Positions 29,854-38,871 of a stretch of 64,000 bases of DNA are shown here, piece by piece (within the stretch, counting starts at the first letter, position 1; the number at the start of each line of letters is the position of its first letter). The notes under the pieces were generated by a model that saw only the letters and a program-made list of their open reading frames with translations, did not search any database and was not told where the DNA came from. The stretch comes from Spirochaetia bacterium (GTDB taxonomy: Bacteria > Spirochaetota > Spirochaetia > SZUA-6 > Bin103): assembly GCA_965203905.1 (NCBI GenBank), contig CBDBDQ010000005.1, positions 3,072,001-3,136,000 of the forward strand, in the 5' to 3' direction. The position numbers and the translations under genes were made by a program.

Positions 29854-30845
29854 TCTTCGGCTCCGTCGGTGCTGGCGGCATCGGTTTCGTCGTCGTCGGT
29901 GGCGGCGCCGTTGGCCTCATCCGTCTGGTCGTCCTCGGTGGTGAGCTGCAGAAAGATCTCCTCCAGGCTCATGGTCACCGTCTCCATGCCGGTCAGGGTC
30001 CAGCCGCGCGCCACGATGGCGGCGGTGATCTCGCCGTGCGGCTGCGCGCCGGCGGCGAACTCCACCAGGTGATCCGGCTCCCGGAAGGCGACGCCGGCGA
30101 CGCCCGCAACCGCCTCCAGCGCCGCGGACACCTCGTCGGCGGGGCCGTCCACCCGCAGCCGCAGCCGTTCCGCCCCGCTCACCATGGAGGAGAGCCGGTC
30201 GATGCTGTCCTCGGCCACGATCCTGCCCTGGTGGATGATGATCACCCGCTCGCACACCATGCTCACCTCGGGCAGGATGTGGCTGGAGAGCAGAATGGTG
30301 CGGTTCTCGCCCAGCTCCTTGATCAACTGGCGCGTCTGCGCCACCTGGATCGGATCGATGCCGATGGTCGGCTCATCCAGAATCAGCACCTCCGGATCGT
30401 GGATGATCGATTGCGCCAGCCCGACCCGCTGGCGGAAGCCCTTGGACAGCTTGGATGTCTGGACGTTGTAGTACTCCTCCAGCGCGCATTGCTCCACCAC
30501 GTCGTCGATGCGGCCGCGCACGGCGCGCCGCTCCACCCCGCGCAGCCGGGCCACGTACTCCAGGTAGCCGCGGGTGGTCATCTCCGTGTACAGGGGCACC
30601 ACCTCCGGGAGATAGCCGATGTGGCGCCTTCCCTCCAGCGACTCGGTGGCCATGTTGTGCTCGCCGACCCACGCGTCGCCGCGGGTCGGCATCAGAAACC
30701 CGGTGATGATGCGCATGGTGGTCGACTTGCCGGCGCCGTTGGGCCCCAGGAAACCCACGATCTCGCCCTGTTCGACGGAAAAGCTCAGGTCGTCCACGGC
30801 CAGACGCTCGCCATAGTACTTGGTGAGATGCTCGATACGTATCAT
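29850..30845 (-). CDS. ABC-2 ATP-binding protein, GldA-like (copy 2)
   Basis: GPNGAGKST, LSKGFRQR; acidic tail as in copy 1. Confidence 0.92.
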   Translation of the reverse strand: MIRIEHLTKYYGERLAVDDLSFSVEQGEIVGFLGPNGAGKSTTMRIITGFLMPTRGDAWVGEHNMATESLEGRRHIGYLPEVVPLYTEMTTRGYLEYVARLRGVERRAVRGRIDDVVEQCALEEYYNVQTSKLSKGFRQRVGLAQSIIHDPEVLILDEPTIGIDPIQVAQTRQLIKELGENRTILLSSHILPEVSMVCERVIIIHQGRIVAEDSIDRLSSMVSGAERLRLRVDGPADEVSAALEAVAGVAGVAFREPDHLVEFAAGAQPHGEITAAIVARGWTLTGMETVTMSLEEIFLQLTTEDDQTDEANGAATDDDETDAASTDGAEE

Positions 30846-31054
30846 GGATGATCAAAACCGCGTTGGCGGTATCCGAGACGTTACGGGTCTGTAGGCGTAT
30901 TGTCAACGTCGACGGCCCGCCCGTGGGCAGGAATCAGGGCGGTACCGCTCAGCGCGTTCCGTCGAGTCTGCGGAGCACACCTGCGAAGGCCCTGAACGAG
31001 GCCGGATTCTTGACATCCTCCCACGCCCGTGGCATCGTACTTACGGAGAATACA

Positions 31055-32250
31055 ATGCCCGATCCGAGTACCAAAGCAAGCGACGACATTGAGCGACTGT
31101 TCGACGAAGATCCTGCAAGAGTCATAGAACAAGATCTCAGTCACCCACCAACCGAAGCCGTGGTCACCGCGTCGGATTGGACTACGGAGACCATTCTCAG
31201 TCAGATCGAGAAAGGAAACATCGACTTGAATCCGCGATTTCAACGGCGAGAGGCGTGGAACGATAAACGTAAGAGCGAATTCATAGAGTCGTTGTTCCTT
31301 GGACTTCCTGTGCCACAGTTGGTGCTTGCAGAAAAACCGAATCATCGTGGTACATACATCGTTGTCGACGGCAAGCAAAGGCTGCTCGCAATACGACGCT
31401 TCGGCGCGAACGACAAAGACGGAGGATTCTCTCCGCTACGTCGCAGTGGACTTGAAGTGCGATCCGATCTGAACGGAAAGAGCCTAAGAACCATGCGGCT
31501 GGAATCTGCTCTTACCGAGCACGTTTCCTGGTATGAGAATCAGACCATTCGTACGGTTATCGTACGTAACTGGAAACAGGAAGAGTTTCTCTACCGGGTG
31601 TTCTTGCGCCTCAATATGGGGACCTTGCCACTCTCCAGTCAGGAACTGAGACAGGCGCTGCATCCAGGTCCTTTTGTCGATTTTGCGGACGAACAGAGCT
31701 CTGCCAGTGAGGCAATTCAGAAAGCTCTCCACCTGGAAAAGCCAGATTTCCGGATGCGAGACATCGAAATTCTGGTAAGATTCTTTGGGTTTCACGAACG
31801 ACTCTGGAATATCACGGAAACCTGAAGAAGTTCCTGGATGACACGTGCGACACGCTAAACAAAGATTGGGATCGGCGAAGGGATGAGATCAAAGCAGCCG
31901 CTGAGCAGTGTGATCTTGCTATAGGGACAACCATTGAGATCTTTGGCAGTGACGCATTCCGCAGATGGGACAAGAGCCGGTATGTAGGTCCGTTCAACCG
32001 TGCAGTCTATGACGTCATGGTATACTTTTTTTGCCGTGACGATGTAAGATCGGAAGTAGTACGGAGAGGTGACCAGATTGTTCGATCTTTCAAAGATTAA
32101 TGCGATTCCAATGTCGCCTTTAGAGATGCGATACAGACGACTACGAAGAGTATTAGAGCGACTCTAACTCGTTTTCAGGAATGGCGCTCAGAGCTTCAAA
32201 GGATCACAGGATTGGACATACCTGACCCCTCGTTGGATCGAGCTGCTTAG
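31055..32250 (+). pseudogene. DUF262 (GmrSD_N/ParB-like) protein with a frameshift near 31805 and a nonsense codon at 32098
   Basis: FQRREAW, FIESLFLGLP, VDGKQR, FLRLN. Continues in another frame EYHGNLKKFLD…FNRAVYD…; lower GC. Confidence 0.85.
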
Positions 32251-32261
32251 TCGTCGATACC

Positions 32262-32357
32262 GTGCCGAATTCTACTCAGTTCAGGGCTACGACGAAGAGT
32301 GTCAACGCACTACGCCGTGAGTTATTGCCGCGACGCTTCGACCCGACAGGAGATTAA
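32262..32357 (+). pseudogene. N-terminal stub of a probable HEPN (RiboL-PSP-like) partner
   Basis: VPNSTQFRATTKSVNALRRELLPRRFDPTGD*; recalled as resembling the N-termini of HEPN genes that follow DUF262. Confidence 0.5.
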
Positions 32358-32369
32358 CAGAGGTACGCA

Positions 32370-33140
32370 GTGAGGAACAACCACGTCAGAGAGAAGCTCC
32401 GGCAGGGCCGGCCGGTCATCGGCTCCTTCCTGGGGCTGGGCAGCCCGATGATCGCGGAGCAGATGGCGCACTGCGGATTCGACTTCATCGTGATCGAGAC
32501 CGAGCACAACGCCATCGACATGGCCCAGGTGCAGCAGATGCTGATGGCGATGAACGGCACCGACGCCATCCCGCTGGTACGCCTGCCGAGCTCCGACCAG
32601 GTGTTCATCCAGCGCTCCCTGGACCTCGGCGCCATGGGCATCGTGGTGCCGCTGCTGCGCAGCGCCGAGCAGGCGCAGGCGGTGGTGCGGGCGACGCGCT
32701 ATCCGCCGGACGGCGTGCGCGGGTTCGGGCCGCTGCGCGCCTCGCACTACACCCTCGACTACCCCGACTACCTGACGCGCGCCAACGACCACATCCTGGT
32801 GTCGTTCCTGCTGGAAACCCGCGAGGCGATGGACAACCTGGAGGAGATCACGGCGGTGCCAGGCGTGGACGCCCTCTACCTGGGGCTGTGGGACCTCTAC
32901 CTGAACCACGGCGCCAACCCGCTGGAGATGCCGGACCCGGCGATGGAGCGGCTGATCGAGCGCGCCATCGAGGTGTGCGGCGACAGCGGCGTGGCTCTCG
33001 GCATCGGCTCCACCACCCCGCAGGAGGTGCTGCACTGGCGCGACCGCGGGCTCACCTTTCTCGGTTACGGCCCCGACTACTCGCTGCTCGGCAGCGCCGC
33101 CCAGGCGGGCATCACGGCCTTCCGCGAGAGCGGCTCCTGA
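32370..33140 (+). CDS. HpcH/HpaI aldolase family protein
   Basis: IETEHN, LDLGAMG, YPPDGVRGFG. Confidence 0.9.
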   Translation: MRNNHVREKLRQGRPVIGSFLGLGSPMIAEQMAHCGFDFIVIETEHNAIDMAQVQQMLMAMNGTDAIPLVRLPSSDQVFIQRSLDLGAMGIVVPLLRSAEQAQAVVRATRYPPDGVRGFGPLRASHYTLDYPDYLTRANDHILVSFLLETREAMDNLEEITAVPGVDALYLGLWDLYLNHGANPLEMPDPAMERLIERAIEVCGDSGVALGIGSTTPQEVLHWRDRGLTFLGYGPDYSLLGSAAQAGITAFRESGS

Positions 33141-33174
33141 GCCGGTTCCGGCGCCGTCTCCGCCGTCGCTCGCG

Positions 33175-33204
33175 TTGACACCCGGGAAGGGGCCGCCTTA
33201 CGAT
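33175..33204 (+). promoter_or_regulatory. Putative sigma70 promoter
   Basis: TTGACA-N18-TACGAT upstream of the AGGAGG RBS. Confidence 0.4.
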
Positions 33205-33240
33205 CAGCTTGCTCAGCCAATCCTCAGGAGGTCTTGAGAA

Positions 33241-35190
33241 ATGATGCACAGGATCGCGGTTTCCGCGTTGGTCATGTTCTGCGTCGGCGCCGTGGCGGCG
33301 CTGGCCAGCGGACAGGAGGGATCGGACGCCTCCGCCACGACGCAGCAGGCGGCGGCCGGCGGCCGCTACCAGGAGTCGCCCATGCTGGCGGCGCTGGTGG
33401 CATCGGGAGATCTGCCGCCGGTGGAAGAGAGACTTCCCGTGGAACCCTTCGTGGTCGGCCAGGGAGTGCTGATCGAGGACAAGTACCTCGACTTCGAGGT
33501 CGGCCAGTTCGGAGGCACGCTGCGCCTGGTGCACGACCGCGTCGGCTGGAATCCCGACGTCTTCATCATGGGCAACGAGCCGCTGGTGTCGGCTCCGACC
33601 GGCGACATCAGCGTCAAGGGAATCCGCGGCAACATCCTGCACAGCTACGAGGTCAGCGACGACAACCGGGTCTTCACCTTCCGCCTGCGCGAGGGGCTCA
33701 GGTGGTCGGACGGGGCGCCGATCACCATGGACGACGTGCTGTTCGCCTACGAGGACGTCCTCATGAACGAGAACATCACCGCCTCCGTGCCCAACTGGCT
33801 GCGCGCCGGCAACAGCGGCGACGGCGCGCCGATGGTGCTCGAGATGGTCGACCCGTGGACCTTCCGGATCACCTTCGAGGAGCCCTATGGCGGCTTCCTG
33901 GCGCAGCTCGCGATCGTGATCTGGCAGGGCTACCAGTACATTCTGAAGCCGAAGCACTACCTGGAGCAGTTTCACGCCGACTACACGCCGCTGCAGGATC
34001 TGGAGCCGATGATCAAGGAGGCCGGCTTCGAGGCCGGTGCCTGGTGGAACCTGTTCCGCTCGAAGGACGTGAGCAGGTGGGAGCTGGTGCGGCCGAAGGG
34101 CTTCGGCTTTCCCGCCATTGCGCCGTGGATCATGACCGACAACTCACCGGAGCTGGTGCTGTACGAGCGCAACCCCTACTACTTCAAGGTGGATGAGGCC
34201 GGCAACCAGCTTCCCTACATCGACAAGCTTCGCGACTCCAAGACCGAGGACACCGAGATGTCCAACTTCAAGGTGATCGCCGGCGAGGTCGACTACTTCC
34301 GGGAGGGCGGCTCGCTGGTCAACCTTCCGCTGTACAAGGAGAACGAGCAGCGCAGCGGGTTCCGCACCAAGATGTACAAGTGGGTGAGCACCAACGTGGT
34401 GCTGCCCAACCACACCTTCGCCGACCCGGTGTGGCGCGAGCTGATCGCCGACATCCGCTTCCGGCGCGCCCTGAACATGGCGATCAACCGCGAGGAGCTC
34501 AAGGAAGCGGTGAGCTACGGTTTCGCGGAGCTGCCGGAGGTGTCGCCGAGCGAATACGATCCCGACCAGGCCAACGCGCTGCTCGACGAGATGGGGCTGA
34601 CGCGCGATGCCGAGGGTTGGCGCCAGCGCCCGGACGGCAAGCGGCTGGTCATCAGCATCGAGAACTCGTCGCGGCATCCCGACTTCGTGCCTACCATCGA
34701 GCTGGTGGTGGAGTACTGGAGAGCGCTGGGGATCGAGACGACGGCGCAGACCATAGCCACCAACCTGCAGCGCCAGCGCGGCGGGGCCAACGAGTTGATG
34801 ATGACGATCGAGGCGCTGCACACCAACATCTGGAAGACCGCCAACGGGTTCCACCACGACTACCTGCCGCGGGCAGCCACCTGGGCGCCGCTGTGGCACA
34901 CCTGGTACAACTCCGGCGGCACCGCCGGCGAGGAGCCCCCGGCCGACGTCAAGCGCCTGTTCGAGCTGTCCGAGAAGCTGGCCACGGCGATTCCGGAGTC
35001 GCCGGAAGCGCTGGCGGCACTCGACGAGATCTACCAGCGGCTCCACGACAACGTCTACTTCTTCGTCGCCCTGGAGAAGATCCTCAAGACGCAGCTGGTG
35101 TCGGCGCGGCTCGGCAACGTTCCCACCGATGGCCACTCGGTGGGCGTGAACTACAGCGTGGAGCAGATGTTCTTCAGGAGCGAAGGATAG
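33241..35190 (+). CDS. ABC substrate-binding protein, family 5
   Basis: Signal peptide, LPPVEERLP, WSDGAP, RNPYYFKVD.GNQLPYID. Confidence 0.93.
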   Translation: MMHRIAVSALVMFCVGAVAALASGQEGSDASATTQQAAAGGRYQESPMLAALVASGDLPPVEERLPVEPFVVGQGVLIEDKYLDFEVGQFGGTLRLVHDRVGWNPDVFIMGNEPLVSAPTGDISVKGIRGNILHSYEVSDDNRVFTFRLREGLRWSDGAPITMDDVLFAYEDVLMNENITASVPNWLRAGNSGDGAPMVLEMVDPWTFRITFEEPYGGFLAQLAIVIWQGYQYILKPKHYLEQFHADYTPLQDLEPMIKEAGFEAGAWWNLFRSKDVSRWELVRPKGFGFPAIAPWIMTDNSPELVLYERNPYYFKVDEAGNQLPYIDKLRDSKTEDTEMSNFKVIAGEVDYFREGGSLVNLPLYKENEQRSGFRTKMYKWVSTNVVLPNHTFADPVWRELIADIRFRRALNMAINREELKEAVSYGFAELPEVSPSEYDPDQANALLDEMGLTRDAEGWRQRPDGKRLVISIENSSRHPDFVPTIELVVEYWRALGIETTAQTIATNLQRQRGGANELMMTIEALHTNIWKTANGFHHDYLPRAATWAPLWHTWYNSGGTAGEEPPADVKRLFELSEKLATAIPESPEALAALDEIYQRLHDNVYFFVALEKILKTQLVSARLGNVPTDGHSVGVNYSVEQMFFRSEG

Positions 35191-35293
35191 ACGCCGCGGG
35201 TCACTCGACCGTGCCTGTTTCGGGTCGGCCAGGTGCCGGTTTCCGGTACCTGGCCGGCGCCATGGGCGGCGCTGGCGTTACCGGGGAGTACCG

Positions 35294-36655
35294 GTGAGCG
35301 GCAGGCCGCCGAACATCCTCTTTCTGCAGACCGACAACCAGCGCTGGGATGCGCTCGGCTGTTCCGGGAACGCCGTCATTCAGACTCCCCACGTGGACCG
35401 GCTGGCGGCGCGGGGAACCTATTTCCCGAACGCCTTCGCGACCACGCCGATCTGCGCCGCCAGCCGCGCCAGCATCCTCACCGGGCTGTACCGGCGGCGT
35501 CACGGGTTCACCTTCGACGAGCCGCCGCTGCGCACCGAGTTCACCGACATCAGCTACCCCAGGCTGCTGCGCGATGCCGGCTACCACACCGGGATGATCG
35601 GCAAGCTCGGCATCGACACCGAGGGACAACTGGCGGTGGCGGGGGACATCTCGACCCTGGCACGGATGTTCGACGTGTTCCACCACTACCACCAGAACTC
35701 CACCAGGGAGGGCTACTGGATCTCGCAGAAGGACGGCTCGCACAAGCATCTCACGGAGATCATCGGCGACCGCGTGGTGGAGTTCCTCCGCGGCTGTCCC
35801 GGCGACCGGCCGTTCTGCCTGTCGGTGAGTTTCAATGCGCCGCACGCGCGCGACGGCGACCCGCAGCACTACTATCCGCCGGATGCGGAGAGCCGCCTCT
35901 ACGAAGACCAGGTGATCCCGCGGCCCGCCACTTCCGATCCCGCTTTTTTCAAGGCACTGCCGCGGTTCCTGCGGGAGAACGAGAGCCGCAAGCGCTGGCA
36001 CACCCGCTGGGACACGGAGCACAACTTCCAGCGTACCGTGAAGGGCTACTGGCGCATGATCAGCGGCGTCGACCGCATGGTGGGACGCTTCGTCGACGAG
36101 CTGCAGCGGCTGGGAGTCGCCGACAACACGATCATCATATACACCTCCGATCACGGCTTCCTGATCGGCGAGCGCGGCCACTCCGACTGCTGGCTGCTGT
36201 ACGACAACTCCATGCGCGTGCCGCTGGTGATGTACGATCCCCGCGCCGATGCGGCGCAACGGGGAGTCCGGCTGGAGCAGATGGCGCTGAACATCGATCT
36301 GGGGCCGACGATGCTGGAGCTGGCCGGGCTGCCGGTGCCGGAGATGGTGCAGGGGCGAAGCCTGCTGCCGCTGCTGCGCGGCGATCCGGTCGCGTGGCGC
36401 GACGACTTCTTCTGCGAGCACCTGTTCACCAGGCCCACGGTGATCATTCCGCGCTGCGAAGGGGTCCGTTCGCGGGACTGGAAGTACATCAGGTACCTCG
36501 ACCAGGACCCGCTCTACGAAGAGCTCTACCACCTGGAGTCGGATCCCGACGAAGCCCGCAACCTGTGCTCCGACCGCGCCTCCTCGGATGACCTGGAGCG
36601 GCTGCGGGCACGCTGCGACGAGCTTCTCGGAATAGCGCAAGGTGCGACGGCGTGA
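35294..36655 (+). CDS. Sulfatase
   Basis: PNILF..TDNQR, PICAASRASILTG (CxAxR variant), SDHG. Confidence 0.92.
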   Translation: MSGRPPNILFLQTDNQRWDALGCSGNAVIQTPHVDRLAARGTYFPNAFATTPICAASRASILTGLYRRRHGFTFDEPPLRTEFTDISYPRLLRDAGYHTGMIGKLGIDTEGQLAVAGDISTLARMFDVFHHYHQNSTREGYWISQKDGSHKHLTEIIGDRVVEFLRGCPGDRPFCLSVSFNAPHARDGDPQHYYPPDAESRLYEDQVIPRPATSDPAFFKALPRFLRENESRKRWHTRWDTEHNFQRTVKGYWRMISGVDRMVGRFVDELQRLGVADNTIIIYTSDHGFLIGERGHSDCWLLYDNSMRVPLVMYDPRADAAQRGVRLEQMALNIDLGPTMLELAGLPVPEMVQGRSLLPLLRGDPVAWRDDFFCEHLFTRPTVIIPRCEGVRSRDWKYIRYLDQDPLYEELYHLESDPDEARNLCSDRASSDDLERLRARCDELLGIAQGATA

Positions 36656-36739
36656 CCTGATCCGCGGCCGTGCCGGCGCCGCCGCGGACCCGTGCGGCTG
36701 TCCGCGTGGCTTACGGGTCGAGCCCCTGCCGAGGCCGCC

Positions 36740-37738
36740 ATGCTGAACTACATCGGCAAGCGCGTGCTGCAGTTGATCCCGCTGCTGCTGGCCCTGTCGA
36801 TGATCATCTTCATCGTGATCGAGCTGCCGCCCGGCGACTACCTCACCATGTACGTGATGCAGTTGGAGCACAGCGGGACCGACGTGGCGGAAGAGACCAT
36901 CGTCAGCCTCACCGCCGTGTACGGACTCGACAAGCCGTTCGTGCAGCGCTACCTGCGGTGGATCTGGAACATCGTCACCCGCGGCGACCTGGGGCGCTCG
37001 TTCCAGTACGACAAGCCGGTCACCGAGGTGATAGGCGAGCGCATCATGCTGACCATGGTGCTGTCGTTGCTCAGTATGCTGTTCACCTACGCGGTGGCGA
37101 TACCGATCGGCATCTACTCCGCCACCCACCAGTACTCGTTCGCGGACTACCTGCTCACCTTCGCCGGCTTCATCGGCCTGGCGGTGCCCGGGTTCCTGCT
37201 GGCGCTGGTGATCCTGTACATCGCCCACACCGAGTTCGGAGTCAGCGTCACCGGCCTGTTTGCGCCGGAGTACGTGGGCGCGCCGTGGAGCCTGGCCAAG
37301 GTGGGCAGCATGCTGCAGCGGATCTGGATACCGATCATCCTCGTGGGGATGGCCGGGACCGCATCCCTGATCCGGGTCATGCGCGGGGTGCTGCTCGACG
37401 AGTTGCGCAAGCAGTACGTGATCACCGCCCGCGCCAAGGGCATCGCCGAGGTCAAGCTGCTGTTCAAGTATCCGGTGCGGGTGGCGATCAATCCCATCGT
37501 CAGCACGGTCGGCTGGCTGTTGCCGCGCATCATCTCCATCACGCCGCTGGTGGCGATCGTGCTCAACCTGCCCACCACCGGGCCGATGCTGCTGGGTGCG
37601 CTGCTGCACCAGGACATGTACCTGGCCGGCAGCTTCGTGCTGATCCTGAGCGTGCTCACGGTGATCGGCACGCTGCTGTCGGACGTGCTGCTGGCGGTGC
37701 TGGACCCGCGCATCCGCTACGAGGGAGTGGGGGCGTGA
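36740..37738 (+). CDS. Peptide ABC permease (DppB-like)
   Basis: ELPPGDY, TARAKG, LDPRIRY. Confidence 0.93.
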   Translation: MLNYIGKRVLQLIPLLLALSMIIFIVIELPPGDYLTMYVMQLEHSGTDVAEETIVSLTAVYGLDKPFVQRYLRWIWNIVTRGDLGRSFQYDKPVTEVIGERIMLTMVLSLLSMLFTYAVAIPIGIYSATHQYSFADYLLTFAGFIGLAVPGFLLALVILYIAHTEFGVSVTGLFAPEYVGAPWSLAKVGSMLQRIWIPIILVGMAGTASLIRVMRGVLLDELRKQYVITARAKGIAEVKLLFKYPVRVAINPIVSTVGWLLPRIISITPLVAIVLNLPTTGPMLLGALLHQDMYLAGSFVLILSVLTVIGTLLSDVLLAVLDPRIRYEGVGA

Positions 37739-38826
37739 GCGCAGACGACCAGGCCGCCTACGTCGCCTCCCAGTGGCAGCTCATCTGGTGGAAGTTCCGC
37801 AAGCACCGGCTGGCGATGCTGTCGGTGACGGTGCTGGGGCTGCTCTACCTGGTCGCGGTACTCTGTGAGTTCCTGAGTCCCTACGCGCCGCTGACCCGGT
37901 TCCCGGAGTTTCTCGACGCGCCGCCGCAGCGGATCCGCGTGTTCGAGGCGGGAACGGGGCTGCGCGCTCCGTTCGTGTACGGCATCGTCAAGAGCAGGGA
38001 TCCGGAGACCTTTCGCCGCATCTACCCGATCGACCGGGAACAGGTGCATCCGGTGCGCCTGCTGGTGCGCGGCGAGCCGTACCGGTTCTGGGGGCTGATC
38101 GAGACCGACCTGCACCTGTTCGGAGTGGAGGGCTCCAGCATCTTCCTGCTGGGCACCGACCGGCTGGGGCGAGACCTGTTCACGCGCATCCTCCACGGGG
38201 CGCGGATCTCCCTGTCCGTCGGCCTGGTGGGGGTCTTCCTCACCTTCGTGTTCGGGATCGTGCTGGGCGGGTTGTCCGGCTACCTGGGCGGGGTGGTGGA
38301 CACCGTCATCCAGCGCGTGATCGACCTGCTGCTGTCGATACCTACGATCCCGTTGTGGATGGCGCTGGCGGCCGCGCTGCCGCGCGAGTGGCCGGCGATC
38401 AGGATCTACTTCGGCATCGTGCTGATCTTCTCCGTGATCGGCTGGACCGAGCTGGCGCGCGTGGTGCGCGGCCGGCTGCTGTCGGTACGGGAGGAGGACT
38501 TCGTGGTGGCGGCGCGGGTGACCGGCTCCAGCCACCTGAGCATCATCTTCCGCCACCTGATCCCCTCCTGCTCCAGCTACATCATCGTGTCACTCACCCT
38601 GGCGATACCGACCATGATCCTGGGCGAGACGGCGCTCAGCTTCCTGGGGCTGGGGCTGCAGCCGCCGGTGGTGAGCTGGGGCACGCTGCTCAAGGACGCC
38701 CAGAGCATGCAGGCGATCGCGCACCGGCCGTGGATGCTGTCGCCGTGCCTGTTCGTGGTGGTGGCGGTGCTGATGTTCAACTTCATGGGCGACGGCCTGC
38801 GCGACTCCGCCGACCCGTTGAAGTGA
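37735..38826 (+). CDS. Peptide ABC permease (DppC-like)
   Basis: SQWQLIWWKFRKH, GTDRLGRD, GDGLRDSADP. Confidence 0.92.
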   Translation: MSADDQAAYVASQWQLIWWKFRKHRLAMLSVTVLGLLYLVAVLCEFLSPYAPLTRFPEFLDAPPQRIRVFEAGTGLRAPFVYGIVKSRDPETFRRIYPIDREQVHPVRLLVRGEPYRFWGLIETDLHLFGVEGSSIFLLGTDRLGRDLFTRILHGARISLSVGLVGVFLTFVFGIVLGGLSGYLGGVVDTVIQRVIDLLLSIPTIPLWMALAAALPREWPAIRIYFGIVLIFSVIGWTELARVVRGRLLSVREEDFVVAARVTGSSHLSIIFRHLIPSCSSYIIVSLTLAIPTMILGETALSFLGLGLQPPVVSWGTLLKDAQSMQAIAHRPWMLSPCLFVVVAVLMFNFMGDGLRDSADPLK

Positions 38827-38871
38827 ATCGCGGTCTCGCTCACGGTGTTTCTGGTGAGCCGATGCGCACCG

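Noticed and set aside
19921-30845. Bacteroidetes-type gliding motility
   Set aside because: No gldB/D/H/J/K/L/M/N or T9SS genes; GldAFG homologues are widespread in non-gliding taxa.
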